From an archaeon (GTDB lineage: Archaea; Iainarchaeota; Iainarchaeia; JAFGOX01; DATDTB01): a stretch of 36,711 bases of DNA. This document shows positions 8,868 through 16,857 of the stretch, one piece after another; position 1 is the first letter of the stretch; each line of letters opens with the position of its first letter. Where the stretch lies: NCBI GenBank assembly GCA_035291025.1, contig DATDTB010000059.1:1-36711 (forward strand), in the 5' to 3' direction. The notes beneath the pieces were generated by a model. That model was not told the DNA's origin. It did not search any database and was given only the letters and a program-made list of their open reading frames with translations. The position numbers and the translations under genes were made by a program.

Positions 8868-9194
8868 TCACTTTTTCGACAGCGAGTCAATGGCTTTGGC
8901 GATGTCTCCATTGAATTCTTCCAAGGCCTTCCTTGCCCTTTCCTCGCCAGCGCCGGACTGTTCCGAGACCAGCTTGACGTCCTCTTCGGGAACGCCTTTT
9001 TCTTCCCCGTTTCCTGCTTCGGTTCCAGGAATTACTTGGTACATTGTCTGGCCTTGGACGTTCATCTTGAAGACTTGGGCGTTATTGAACACGACTGTCT
9101 TGCCTCCAAGTTCCATCGTGACTTTTTTGGCCTTTAACTCTTCAGTGTTCACCCCGAACTGCTTGAGCATCTTTGCCATTTGCCTCGGGTCCAT
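8868..9194 (-). CDS. nac: Nascent polypeptide-associated complex protein (NAC + UBA)
   Basis: MDPRQMAKMLKQFGVNTEELKAKKV...FNNAQVFKMNVQGQTMYQV is the NAC domain. The C-terminal EEDVKLVSEQSGAGEERARKALEEFNGDIAKAI is UBA-like. ATG at 9194. Confidence 0.85.
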   Translation of the reverse strand: MDPRQMAKMLKQFGVNTEELKAKKVTMELGGKTVVFNNAQVFKMNVQGQTMYQVIPGTEAGNGEEKGVPEEDVKLVSEQSGAGEERARKALEEFNGDIAKAIDSLSKK

Positions 9195-9315
9195 TCCGTA
9201 CAACAAAAACCACCTTTTTCCTTTTGCAATCAATCTGCTGAAATCATTTATTAATTTAACCCCGTTCCAACCATGGCTGGGTGTTTTTTATTTGACTCCA
9301 GGAAACGTAAGTTGA

Positions 9316-9954
9316 ATGAAGGGAGTGGTGTTCGACTTGGACGGAGTCATAGTTGACTCCGAGGCCTTGGACGTTGAATGCGAAAAACGCGTGTTCGCGC
9401 GCCACGCCTTAAGCGTGAACGATTCAGACTTTGAGTCCTTCAAGGGAAGGACGGCGAGGGAAATATTCGAGCACGTCGCAAGGAAAAACAACTCAAGCCT
9501 TGACCCAAGCGCTTTGGTGCATGAAAAGCTTGAGTTCTTCCTTGAAAGGGCGCCGGAACTGGAATTGTTTGAAGGGTTTGTAGAGCTGGCTGACTTCTTG
9601 AAGCCCCGCTGTCAAATGGCTTTGGCAACATCCAATTCTAGCGAAGTGCAAAAAGCGGTTTTCAACAAATTCAAGCTGCACAAGTACTTCGCTTCAATAG
9701 TTACAAGCGAGGACGTTTTAGTTGGGAAGCCTCACCCTGAAGCGTACTTGACCGCCTTTGAGCGGCTCGGACTCCGCCCAGGGGAGTGCGTTGTCGTGGA
9801 GGACTCAGTGAACGGGGTGAAGTCAGCCAAGGCCGCCGGCGCTTCAGTCATCGCCGTCACTCACTCCTTTCCAAGGAAAGCGTTAAGGGAAGCCGACTTC
9901 GTTGTAGAAAACCTTGCGGGGGCCTTGAAGTTGTTTAGGGAACAACTCCAATAG
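9316..9954 (+). CDS. HAD-superfamily hydrolase (beta-phosphoglucomutase/phosphatase-like)
   Basis: Motif I VVFDLDGVIVDSE, motif II ATSNS, motif III/IV GKPHPEAY...VVVEDSVNGVKSAKAAG. Confidence 0.8.
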   Translation: MKGVVFDLDGVIVDSEALDVECEKRVFARHALSVNDSDFESFKGRTAREIFEHVARKNNSSLDPSALVHEKLEFFLERAPELELFEGFVELADFLKPRCQMALATSNSSEVQKAVFNKFKLHKYFASIVTSEDVLVGKPHPEAYLTAFERLGLRPGECVVVEDSVNGVKSAKAAGASVIAVTHSFPRKALREADFVVENLAGALKLFREQLQ

Positions 9955-9955
9955 T

Positions 9956-12076
9956 TCAGTCTTTTTTTAGCTCGAACTTGTCAAAGACTGCCTTGGCAAC
10001 GCCTTCCCCGAGGACTTTAGCCACTCCCACCTGGCCCGCGTTCTTCAACCCGGAGACGTTCTTTATGCCGCTGCCCCACAGCCTCCGCGCCCGCACCCTT
10101 CCAATGTTCTTTACTGCAACTAACTCCAGCAGTTCCTCTTTTACTCCATAGTTAATCCTGCGCCTCAACCTGGCACAGTGCTGCGCCGCCTTTTCGAGTT
10201 CCAAGAGCTTGCTGATTTCGACTCCCGCGTAAGTGAGCCAGTCCAGGTTTTCCAAGTTGGAGTGAAGGACTCCCGGCGCGACCCCGTATTTTTCAAGCAC
10301 GAATTCCTCGCTTTTCTCGTTCACCCAGTCCCTCACCATCTGACTCAACCGGAACTTGTTCATTGCATGCATGTCTTGGAACGAAAGCGTCACGGGGTCA
10401 TAGTAAAACTCCCCAGCCAGCTCAGCGGCCTCTTCCCATACCTCGATTTCCCTTGACGCGGGGACGCTCAAGTAGGGCGCCATTTCGTTCATTCCCGCGA
10501 ACGAGTAAACCAGCCCCAGTTCCTTGAACCCTTCTTTTTCCGTTTTCTTCAAGTTATTGACTAGGTTGTTGGCTGAAACCGGGTCCAGTGACAGTTCCGA
10601 GACGCGCACGCCGAGGCGCGTTGGAATGAGCTTTTCGTTCGTTTCAGTCACGAAGCCGTAGTGCTTGAGGCCTTCAATTATTGAGTTAACTGTTATCATT
10701 AGCGCCTCGACGTTCCCGAACTGGTGCGCGTAAAGCGTTTCGCTTAAGAACTGCGTCAAAGCGTTGCGTGAAAGAGTGAACCCTGACGCGATGCACCCCA
10801 GCACTTGGCCGCGGAGTACGGGTTCGAGGCCGAGCTTTGAGTAAACCGGTTCCGGGTTGCCCTTGACGTACTTTTCCCACGCAAGCTCGAATTGTTCCCT
10901 TGAGTTTGCAATGCATATCGCCTCGCCTTCGGAGTCGTAACCCGGCCTTCCCGCGCGGCCGAACATTTGATGGACTTCGCCTACGGGCAGTGACGTCAAG
11001 CCGTTTCCCGAGTACCTGTTCAAGTCCTTTATTATAACGCGGTTTGCCGGAAGGTTGACTCCAGCGGCCAAGGTCGGAGTCGCGCAAATTACCTTAATTA
11101 GCCCTTCCCTAAAGCCCCTTTCAACGATTTCGCGCTGCCTTGCCATTAGCCCGGCGGTGTGGAAGGCTGTCCCGCTTTCAATGCACTCGCTTAACTCAAC
11201 GCATTGCCTGGTAGGGTCCTCCAATACGTTCAAAGCCTTTAACGACAGCGCCTTCAGCCTGCCCTTGTCTTCTTCCCTCAGCAAGGCCTTGACTTTTTGC
11301 GCCAGCTTTTTCGCAGTTGACTGCGCGTTCTTGCGGGTGTTCCTGAACACCAGTGCCTGTTTTTCCTTCCGGAGAGTTTCCCCTATTATGGCTTCCAGAG
11401 GGTCGTCCTCGCTTGCCAGTAAGTGCGTTTCCTTGTTGTCGAACTTTATGCCGTTCTCCCAAAACACGCCCTTTGAAAGTTTCACGGGCCGCCAGTCAGA
11501 GTAAACGAACTCGGCGTCCAGCCACCCGGCTATCTCCAAGTAATTTGGCACTGTTGCGCTCAACGCAACTATTTGCAGGTTGGGCGTCGTCTTCTTGAGC
11601 TTGGTAACCATTACCTCCAAGCCCGGCCCGCGGTCCGAGTCAACCAAGTGAACCTCGTCCACTATCAATAGCCTGACGTCCTTGAGCCACTGCGCCTTGT
11701 GCACTAAAAGGGAGGAAAGCTTTTCGTAAGTGCTCACGATCCAGTCCGCGTCCTTCAGCCACGGGTCGCTCGAGTCCGAGTCGCCAGTGGTGAGACTCAC
11801 GCGCACTCCCAGTTTTTCGTAGTGGTTCTTGAAAGTGTTGTAGTGCTCCCACGCCAGGGCGCGCAGCGGGCCGACGTAGACGACTTTGCCTTTCTTTCTC
11901 GAAAGCGTGTGCAGCGCGGCTAGTTCCCCAATAAGCGTCTTTCCTGAAGCGGTGGGCGCGCACACCACCATATTCCTGCCGGAAAGAAGCCCGCTTTTCA
12001 CCGCTAGTTCTTGCACTGGGTTCAATTGAAGGTAGCCGCGCGCGCTCAGCACTCTTTGCACTGTTTCCTTTTCCAT
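9956..12076 (-). CDS. hel308: Ski2-like DNA helicase Hel308/Hjm
   Basis: Motif I CAPTASGKT, motif II DEVH, SAT, FHTAGL, QMFGRAGRPGYD, and the C-terminal helix-hairpin-helix NIGRVRARRLWGSGI typical of Hel308. Confidence 0.85.
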   Translation of the reverse strand: MEKETVQRVLSARGYLQLNPVQELAVKSGLLSGRNMVVCAPTASGKTLIGELAALHTLSRKKGKVVYVGPLRALAWEHYNTFKNHYEKLGVRVSLTTGDSDSSDPWLKDADWIVSTYEKLSSLLVHKAQWLKDVRLLIVDEVHLVDSDRGPGLEVMVTKLKKTTPNLQIVALSATVPNYLEIAGWLDAEFVYSDWRPVKLSKGVFWENGIKFDNKETHLLASEDDPLEAIIGETLRKEKQALVFRNTRKNAQSTAKKLAQKVKALLREEDKGRLKALSLKALNVLEDPTRQCVELSECIESGTAFHTAGLMARQREIVERGFREGLIKVICATPTLAAGVNLPANRVIIKDLNRYSGNGLTSLPVGEVHQMFGRAGRPGYDSEGEAICIANSREQFELAWEKYVKGNPEPVYSKLGLEPVLRGQVLGCIASGFTLSRNALTQFLSETLYAHQFGNVEALMITVNSIIEGLKHYGFVTETNEKLIPTRLGVRVSELSLDPVSANNLVNNLKKTEKEGFKELGLVYSFAGMNEMAPYLSVPASREIEVWEEAAELAGEFYYDPVTLSFQDMHAMNKFRLSQMVRDWVNEKSEEFVLEKYGVAPGVLHSNLENLDWLTYAGVEISKLLELEKAAQHCARLRRRINYGVKEELLELVAVKNIGRVRARRLWGSGIKNVSGLKNAGQVGVAKVLGEGVAKAVFDKFELKKD

Positions 12077-12114
12077 TCAAAAAAAGAATGCAAGGGGGTG
12101 CTTTTAATGGTTGT

Positions 12115-13335
12115 TCAAAGCAGGTTGCCGATGCGTTTCACGCCTTCCCGAATGCGTTCCGGTGACTCGGAGACGAAGCTGAACCGGAAGTATCCCTCGC
12201 CTTTGCCAACCCCGAAAGCGCTTCCGGGCACTACCGCGACTTTTTGCTCGCTGAATGCCTTGTCCGAGAAAGCCTCGTCGTCCTGGATTTTCCCAGGCAG
12301 CTTCAGAAAGAAATAAAAGCCCCCCTCCGGTTCCACAACCTTTGCCTCGGGCAAGTACTCCTTCAAGGCGCTTGACATCGCTTCCCTGCGCTTGGAGTAC
12401 TCCCTCAGTATTAGCGCGTCGTATTCCCTTCGCGCTGTTTCGTCTTTGTAGTACTCCACCAACAGCCTTTGCCCGAGCATGTTTGGGCAGACTACCTTTA
12501 CGGAGTTCACTTTCTCCATTTGCTCCACCACTTCTTTCGAGGCGTAGTTGTACCCGAGCCTCCAGCCCGGCATTGAAGTGGTCTTGGAGTAACTCCTCAA
12601 CCCCACGACGTTGTCCAAGTAGTCAGTGAACTTGTAGTGCTTTTTGGCAAACAGCACCTTGTAGTAAGCCTCGTCCGCGAAGACAACGGCGCCATTGTCA
12701 ACCGCCAAGTCACCCATGGTCTTCACTTCCTCCGCCGACAAAACCCTGCCTGTTGGGTTGTCCGGGGAAACGGCTAGTATGGCCTTTGTTTTTTTCGTTA
12801 TGGCCTCCTTCAAGGCCTCGCTTCCGAGCCTGTAACCCTCTTCCACGCTTGTTTCCACTTTTTTCACCTTCAGCTCGCGCAACTTGAACTGGCCGGTGAA
12901 GTTCACGAAGTAAGGGCTTGCAATTACTAATTCGTCGCCCTTCCCAAGCAGTGTCTCCATTGCCGCGTCCAAGCCGTTCGTGGAAGAAGAAGTCACGAGG
13001 ACGTTTTCTGCTCGGGCGTCCTTGAAGCCCTCGCCCTGCAGTTCCAAGGCAATAAGCTCTCGCAGCTCCCCAAGCCCGGCGGTCACCCCGTAAGTGTGCG
13101 ACTTGAACTCGGAGAAAACAGAGTTTATTTTCTGGCTGAACAGCTCTGGCGGCTTCAAGAACGGCGTGCCGCCGCCAAAGCTTATGACGTCCGTGTCCTT
13201 TCCTGCCTGCACTAGTTTTTTCAATATCTTTCGCACGTGCGACAACTGCATTTCCCTGACTCTGCCTTGAATTTCCGGTTTTACTATGTTTATCACAACA
13301 CTTTTACCTTCCCCTTCTGGCGGGGGCAAAGGCAA
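12115..13335 (-). CDS. Class I/II pyridoxal-phosphate aminotransferase (aspartate aminotransferase-like)
   Basis: ISFGGGTP, NPTGRV, and the PLP-lysine context SYSKTTSMPGWRLGY. The exact start (TTG 13335 or an internal start) is uncertain. Confidence 0.8.
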   Translation of the reverse strand: MPLPPPEGEGKSVVINIVKPEIQGRVREMQLSHVRKILKKLVQAGKDTDVISFGGGTPFLKPPELFSQKINSVFSEFKSHTYGVTAGLGELRELIALELQGEGFKDARAENVLVTSSSTNGLDAAMETLLGKGDELVIASPYFVNFTGQFKLRELKVKKVETSVEEGYRLGSEALKEAITKKTKAILAVSPDNPTGRVLSAEEVKTMGDLAVDNGAVVFADEAYYKVLFAKKHYKFTDYLDNVVGLRSYSKTTSMPGWRLGYNYASKEVVEQMEKVNSVKVVCPNMLGQRLLVEYYKDETARREYDALILREYSKRREAMSSALKEYLPEAKVVEPEGGFYFFLKLPGKIQDDEAFSDKAFSEQKVAVVPGSAFGVGKGEGYFRFSFVSESPERIREGVKRIGNLL

Positions 13336-13339
13336 GTCT

Positions 13340-13996
13340 TTATTCTCGCACCAGGCTTTTTAATTCCTTCAAGGCCCAAACGTGCTCCCTTGCCTTTTCG
13401 ATCCTCTCAGTGCATTCCTTGATTTTCCCGGAAGAAGTTTTTATGACGAAGTCCTTAAGCTTTTCCGAGCTCTGCCCGAGCGCCTTTTCCTTTGAGTAAA
13501 CAATTGAGCTGTCAATTGTTTCAACCAAGCGCTTCCTGTACTCGGAGTTGTCAACGAACATGTTGAACATCTTGTTCCATTTCTCATGCGCTGCAAAAGT
13601 CGTTTGCATGTTAGCCTTTTCAAAGTCCTTCCTATACTCAGCGTCAACAACGTTTTTGGCCACGTGCTTCCAGTAACTGGAGTTGGCGAGCTTTTTCACG
13701 TGCAGCAATAGGTCCTCGTTTTTGGCAGTGTAGTACTTCTTGCGCCAGTTAAACAACTCCAGGGAAAGCTTTGCCTTTTTCTGCTCCACCTCTTTGAGCA
13801 GCTCTTCGAGTTTGCCCTTGTCAGGGTAAACCACGTCAGGGAACTCGCCGGAACCCGAGCCGTCCGAGACTTTGAGGAAGCCGCGGTTCTCGAAGTACAC
13901 CTTGAGGGCACGCGAGTGCCTTGCCTCTTTTCCAAGCTCCACCACTTTCGGGAACGCCTTCGCCAAGGCGTCGTAGTTTGAGAAAACCTTCGGCAT
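13340..13996 (-). CDS. Hypothetical, predominantly helical, Lys/Glu-rich protein (orphan)
   Basis: Long ORF packed between orc1/cdc6 and the aminotransferase (4-nt spacer downstream). No recognisable motif. ATG at 13996 preferred over 14041. Confidence 0.4.
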   Translation of the reverse strand: MPKVFSNYDALAKAFPKVVELGKEARHSRALKVYFENRGFLKVSDGSGSGEFPDVVYPDKGKLEELLKEVEQKKAKLSLELFNWRKKYYTAKNEDLLLHVKKLANSSYWKHVAKNVVDAEYRKDFEKANMQTTFAAHEKWNKMFNMFVDNSEYRKRLVETIDSSIVYSKEKALGQSSEKLKDFVIKTSSGKIKECTERIEKAREHVWALKELKSLVRE

Positions 13997-14156
13997 AACA
14001 ACGTCAATTAATGGCGAAAACGCTTTAAAAAAACACGCCATGGAACTGAAAGCGCTTTAATACCCACGCCGCCCCGTTTTCCCTTAATGCGTGCTGGCGT
14101 GCTTTGCCTTCGCAGTGAACGCAGGCGCCGCTGACTAGCTTCCGCCGCCCGTGACT

Positions 14157-15389
14157 TCACTCGATTGCGCCAAGCTTTCTTTCCAGAACCAGCTTCATTT
14201 TAGCAGAGTCGGCGTTCAACGAAACCAGCTGCGTGTTCCCCCTTATTCCTGGCCCGGACGCGCGCGCTTCAATCAAGCCGTAAGTGGCCAGCTCCCTGAG
14301 CTGTTCGCGGTACCAGCGGTCCGTGCTTGGCTTTTTCCCAAAACCCTTGCACACCTCGCAGTACTTGTCGTAGACCTCGCCTGAAAACAACTGACCCTTT
14401 TCCTGTTCACCGCCCAGCCTCCGCACGCCTTTGTTGCTTACGGTCAAGAGCAGGACTGCGTACAACAGGAACTGCTGCTGCCTTGGCAGGCTTTCAACCA
14501 TTCCAAGAATCAAGTCTTCTTCGACGCGCGACTGCGCTGTCTCGACTTCGCCTTCAGTGACTTGGTTCTTGCTGTGTTCGTCTGCAATGTCTCCCGCGCG
14601 CGAAATCAGCATTAACGCTTTTCGGGCGTCCCCGCTTTCCTGTGCGGCCCGTGCGGCGGCAAGGTTTATTGCGCCCTCGCTCACGGCGCCTTCCTTGAAG
14701 CCCATTCCGACTCGTTCCCTTAGTATTTGCGTCAGTTCCTCGGCGTTGTACGGCGGGAAAATGTGCTCTTCCTGGCACAATGTGCTTTTCGTGCGCACGT
14801 CAAGCTCTTCCTTGAAGTCCAGCTTGTTCGAAATCCCCACAACGGTCAGCGCGCCCTGCTCGAGTTCGTCGTTCATTCTCGTGAGGGTGTAAATCGTGTC
14901 ATCCAAGTCCTTTATCCTGTCCACTTCGTCCAGTATTACGATTAGCTGCGCGCCTGACTGGGAGACGCTGGCCTTTATCTTGTTGTACAGGTAAGAAACA
15001 GCGAACCCTTGAAGCCTTTCGTCAGGGTTTAGTTCTTGCGCGATGTTGGCGAGTATCTGGTACTTGGTGTTATGCGACGACTTGCAGTTCATGTACGCCC
15101 TGAAAACGACTGAGTGTTCGCGCTTTGAGTACTCAAGGATCTTGTCTGCAACGCTGCGCGCAACGCTGCTCTTGCCCGTTCCCGTTTTCCCGTACAAGAA
15201 GATGTTGTTGGGTTTTTTCCCCTTCAATGCGGGCGCCAGGGTCCGAGTCACTTTTTCCAGCTGGCCCTCGCGGAACGGCATGTGCGACGGAATATAGCTG
15301 GGCGACAAGAAGTCCCTGTTGGCGAAAACCGTTTGCTTTGCTAGTTCCTCCCGCAAGACTTCTTCTACCCCCAAAGGAAAAACACCCAA
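14157..15389 (-). CDS. orc1: Orc1/Cdc6 replication initiator
   Basis: Walker A LYGKTGTGKS, Walker B LIVILDEVD, sensor regions and a C-terminal winged helix. N-terminal SPSYIPSHMPFREGQ matches the family. TTG start at 15389. Confidence 0.9.
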   Translation of the reverse strand: MGVFPLGVEEVLREELAKQTVFANRDFLSPSYIPSHMPFREGQLEKVTRTLAPALKGKKPNNIFLYGKTGTGKSSVARSVADKILEYSKREHSVVFRAYMNCKSSHNTKYQILANIAQELNPDERLQGFAVSYLYNKIKASVSQSGAQLIVILDEVDRIKDLDDTIYTLTRMNDELEQGALTVVGISNKLDFKEELDVRTKSTLCQEEHIFPPYNAEELTQILRERVGMGFKEGAVSEGAINLAAARAAQESGDARKALMLISRAGDIADEHSKNQVTEGEVETAQSRVEEDLILGMVESLPRQQQFLLYAVLLLTVSNKGVRRLGGEQEKGQLFSGEVYDKYCEVCKGFGKKPSTDRWYREQLRELATYGLIEARASGPGIRGNTQLVSLNADSAKMKLVLERKLGAIE

Positions 15390-15408
15390 ACGCGTTATGT
15401 ATAATCGC

Positions 15409-15416
15409 TTTAAAAT
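15409..15416 (-). promoter_or_regulatory. TATA-like box (TTTAAAAT) 20-27 nt upstream of the orc1 start, possibly for a leaderless transcript
   Basis: AT-rich octamer at the distance expected for an archaeal TATA box relative to a leaderless start. A second copy lies at 15465-15472. Confidence 0.3.
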
Positions 15417-15565
15417 GAAATGCTACATAAAAATGCGCTCAAAACGCAGTGCATCCAACGCTTATTTAAAATCTTCCCGCGTTCTGCTAATACCAATGCA
15501 GGCAATCTTTTTAAGGCGTTGCCGGCTGAATTGTTTGGGAAAATTTTTTTCAAGGCTGGAAAAAA

Positions 15566-15573
15566 GGGAGGAG
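15566..15573 (+). promoter_or_regulatory. Shine-Dalgarno-like GGGAGGAG upstream of the sepF GTG
   Basis: GGGAGGAG ends 5 nt before the GTG at 15579. Confidence 0.5.
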
Positions 15574-15578
15574 TTGCT

Positions 15579-15935
15579 GTGAGGAAACTATTGGAAAAAC
15601 TTGTCAAGAGGGAAGAAAGCGAGGTCGAGATTGAGGACTTCTTGAACAACTTGCACACCAGGACGGAAGACCCTTACGAGAACGCGGACGCCTTCGTCAT
15701 GCCCATTGACGTTGCCGCAGACGAGGACACTTCCAAGGTTGTCGAGGAGGCCAAGAAGGGGAACGTTTTGCTGTTGAACATCGGGACGCTGCAGGCACGC
15801 AACCCTGTGAGGCTCAAGGGAATAATTTCAAGGATACGCGAGGGCATTGAGGAAATCGACGGCGACATTGCAAGGCTCACCGAGGAAATTGTCATTGTCA
15901 CTCCTTCACGCGTGAAGATACTAAAGAGAAAGTGA
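15579..15935 (+). CDS. sepF: Cell division protein SepF (DUF552)
   Basis: ADAFVMPIDVAADEDTSKVVEEAKKGNVLLLNIGTL...IDGDIARLTEEIVIVTPSRVKI follows the SepF/DUF552 pattern. In-frame GTG with a strong SD. The 15420 start adds an implausible leader. Confidence 0.7.
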   Translation: MRKLLEKLVKREESEVEIEDFLNNLHTRTEDPYENADAFVMPIDVAADEDTSKVVEEAKKGNVLLLNIGTLQARNPVRLKGIISRIREGIEEIDGDIARLTEEIVIVTPSRVKILKRK

Positions 15936-16011
15936 GCTTTTTCACGCAAGAGCCGCTTTCCCTTTTTTCATTTTTCCATTTTTTTAAGGTCTGTAAAGGA
16001 GTGCATTGCTA

Positions 16012-16818
16012 ATGAGGCTTGACGCCCCGGCTTTTTCGCTTTCAGTGGACATGGACCAGGCGCTCCTAGTCTTGAAGAAGCGCGTGGAAAAAAAGCACTG
16101 GAAGGACTTCCAGACCGGGACAATAAAGCTTTCCTACGTGCCTTATTTCGTTTTCAACTACACCGTCTTTTCCGAGACGCCTGAAAAGGAAGGCAAGCAA
16201 GTCGTGTCAGAGCAGACTGGCAAGAGGGCAATGAACGCCAACACTGCTTCCTTTTTGGAAATAATGACTTACATCCTCGAAGAGATAGCGACGACGCAGG
16301 AAAAGGAACCCAGCCATTCGTACAACGTTGAACTTGACCCGCCGGACATAACGAAGCAGGAGGCCAGCGAGGTTGCAAAGACCAAGATTGCCGCCGAGTT
16401 CCAGGTCCCGCGGAACTCGGTCATAATTTCGGGAATCACTCAGTACTACCTGCCCACGTGGCGCGTCTGGGTGACCGTCGGCAAGAAAGAAAAGGACCAA
16501 GAGACTTACAGGCTTGACATTGAAGGCGTCCTTGGCACGATAATAAACGAGGAAAAAGTGCCCAGCCGCGAGCGGGGGATGCTGGAAGTCTCAGTAAGCA
16601 CCTTGGCTGGGCTGCAGAACCCGGAAAACTGGGCGGACTACGCGAAAACCTCGCAGGAGTTTCTGGCTTCAGTCCCGGGATTCAATCCCACCCCCTTCAT
16701 CCCAAACCCCGGGCAAGTTGGATGGAGGGCGTGGCTGACTCCCTTGCTGGTCTTGCTTGCATTGCTGTTGCTGGCCAACTACATCTTGCGGTTTTTCAAC
16801 ATCAAGTTCTTGTTCTAG
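16012..16818 (+). CDS. Hypothetical C-terminally anchored membrane protein with an internal duplication (orphan)
   Basis: Two similar modules: ALLVLKKRVEKK...TIKLSYVPYFVFNYTV and ASEVAKTKIAAEF...VIISGITQYYLPTWRVWVTV. C-terminal TM LTPLLVLLALLLLANYIL. AGGAG-like site at 15991-15996 ahead of the TTG 16006 / ATG 16012 starts. Confidence 0.45.
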   Translation: MRLDAPAFSLSVDMDQALLVLKKRVEKKHWKDFQTGTIKLSYVPYFVFNYTVFSETPEKEGKQVVSEQTGKRAMNANTASFLEIMTYILEEIATTQEKEPSHSYNVELDPPDITKQEASEVAKTKIAAEFQVPRNSVIISGITQYYLPTWRVWVTVGKKEKDQETYRLDIEGVLGTIINEEKVPSRERGMLEVSVSTLAGLQNPENWADYAKTSQEFLASVPGFNPTPFIPNPGQVGWRAWLTPLLVLLALLLLANYILRFFNIKFLF

Positions 16819-16857
16819 CAATTTTTTGAAACTCAAAACCGCTTTTTGGCGATTGCA

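Noticed and set aside
16700-16818. C-terminus of the 16012-16818 protein as a PGF-CTERM-type archaeosortase signal
   Set aside because: A PGF tripeptide is present, but it lies about 20 residues before the TM instead of abutting it. The tail (RFFNIKFLF) is not the usual short Arg-rich cluster. It is mentioned only as a weak candidate substrate.
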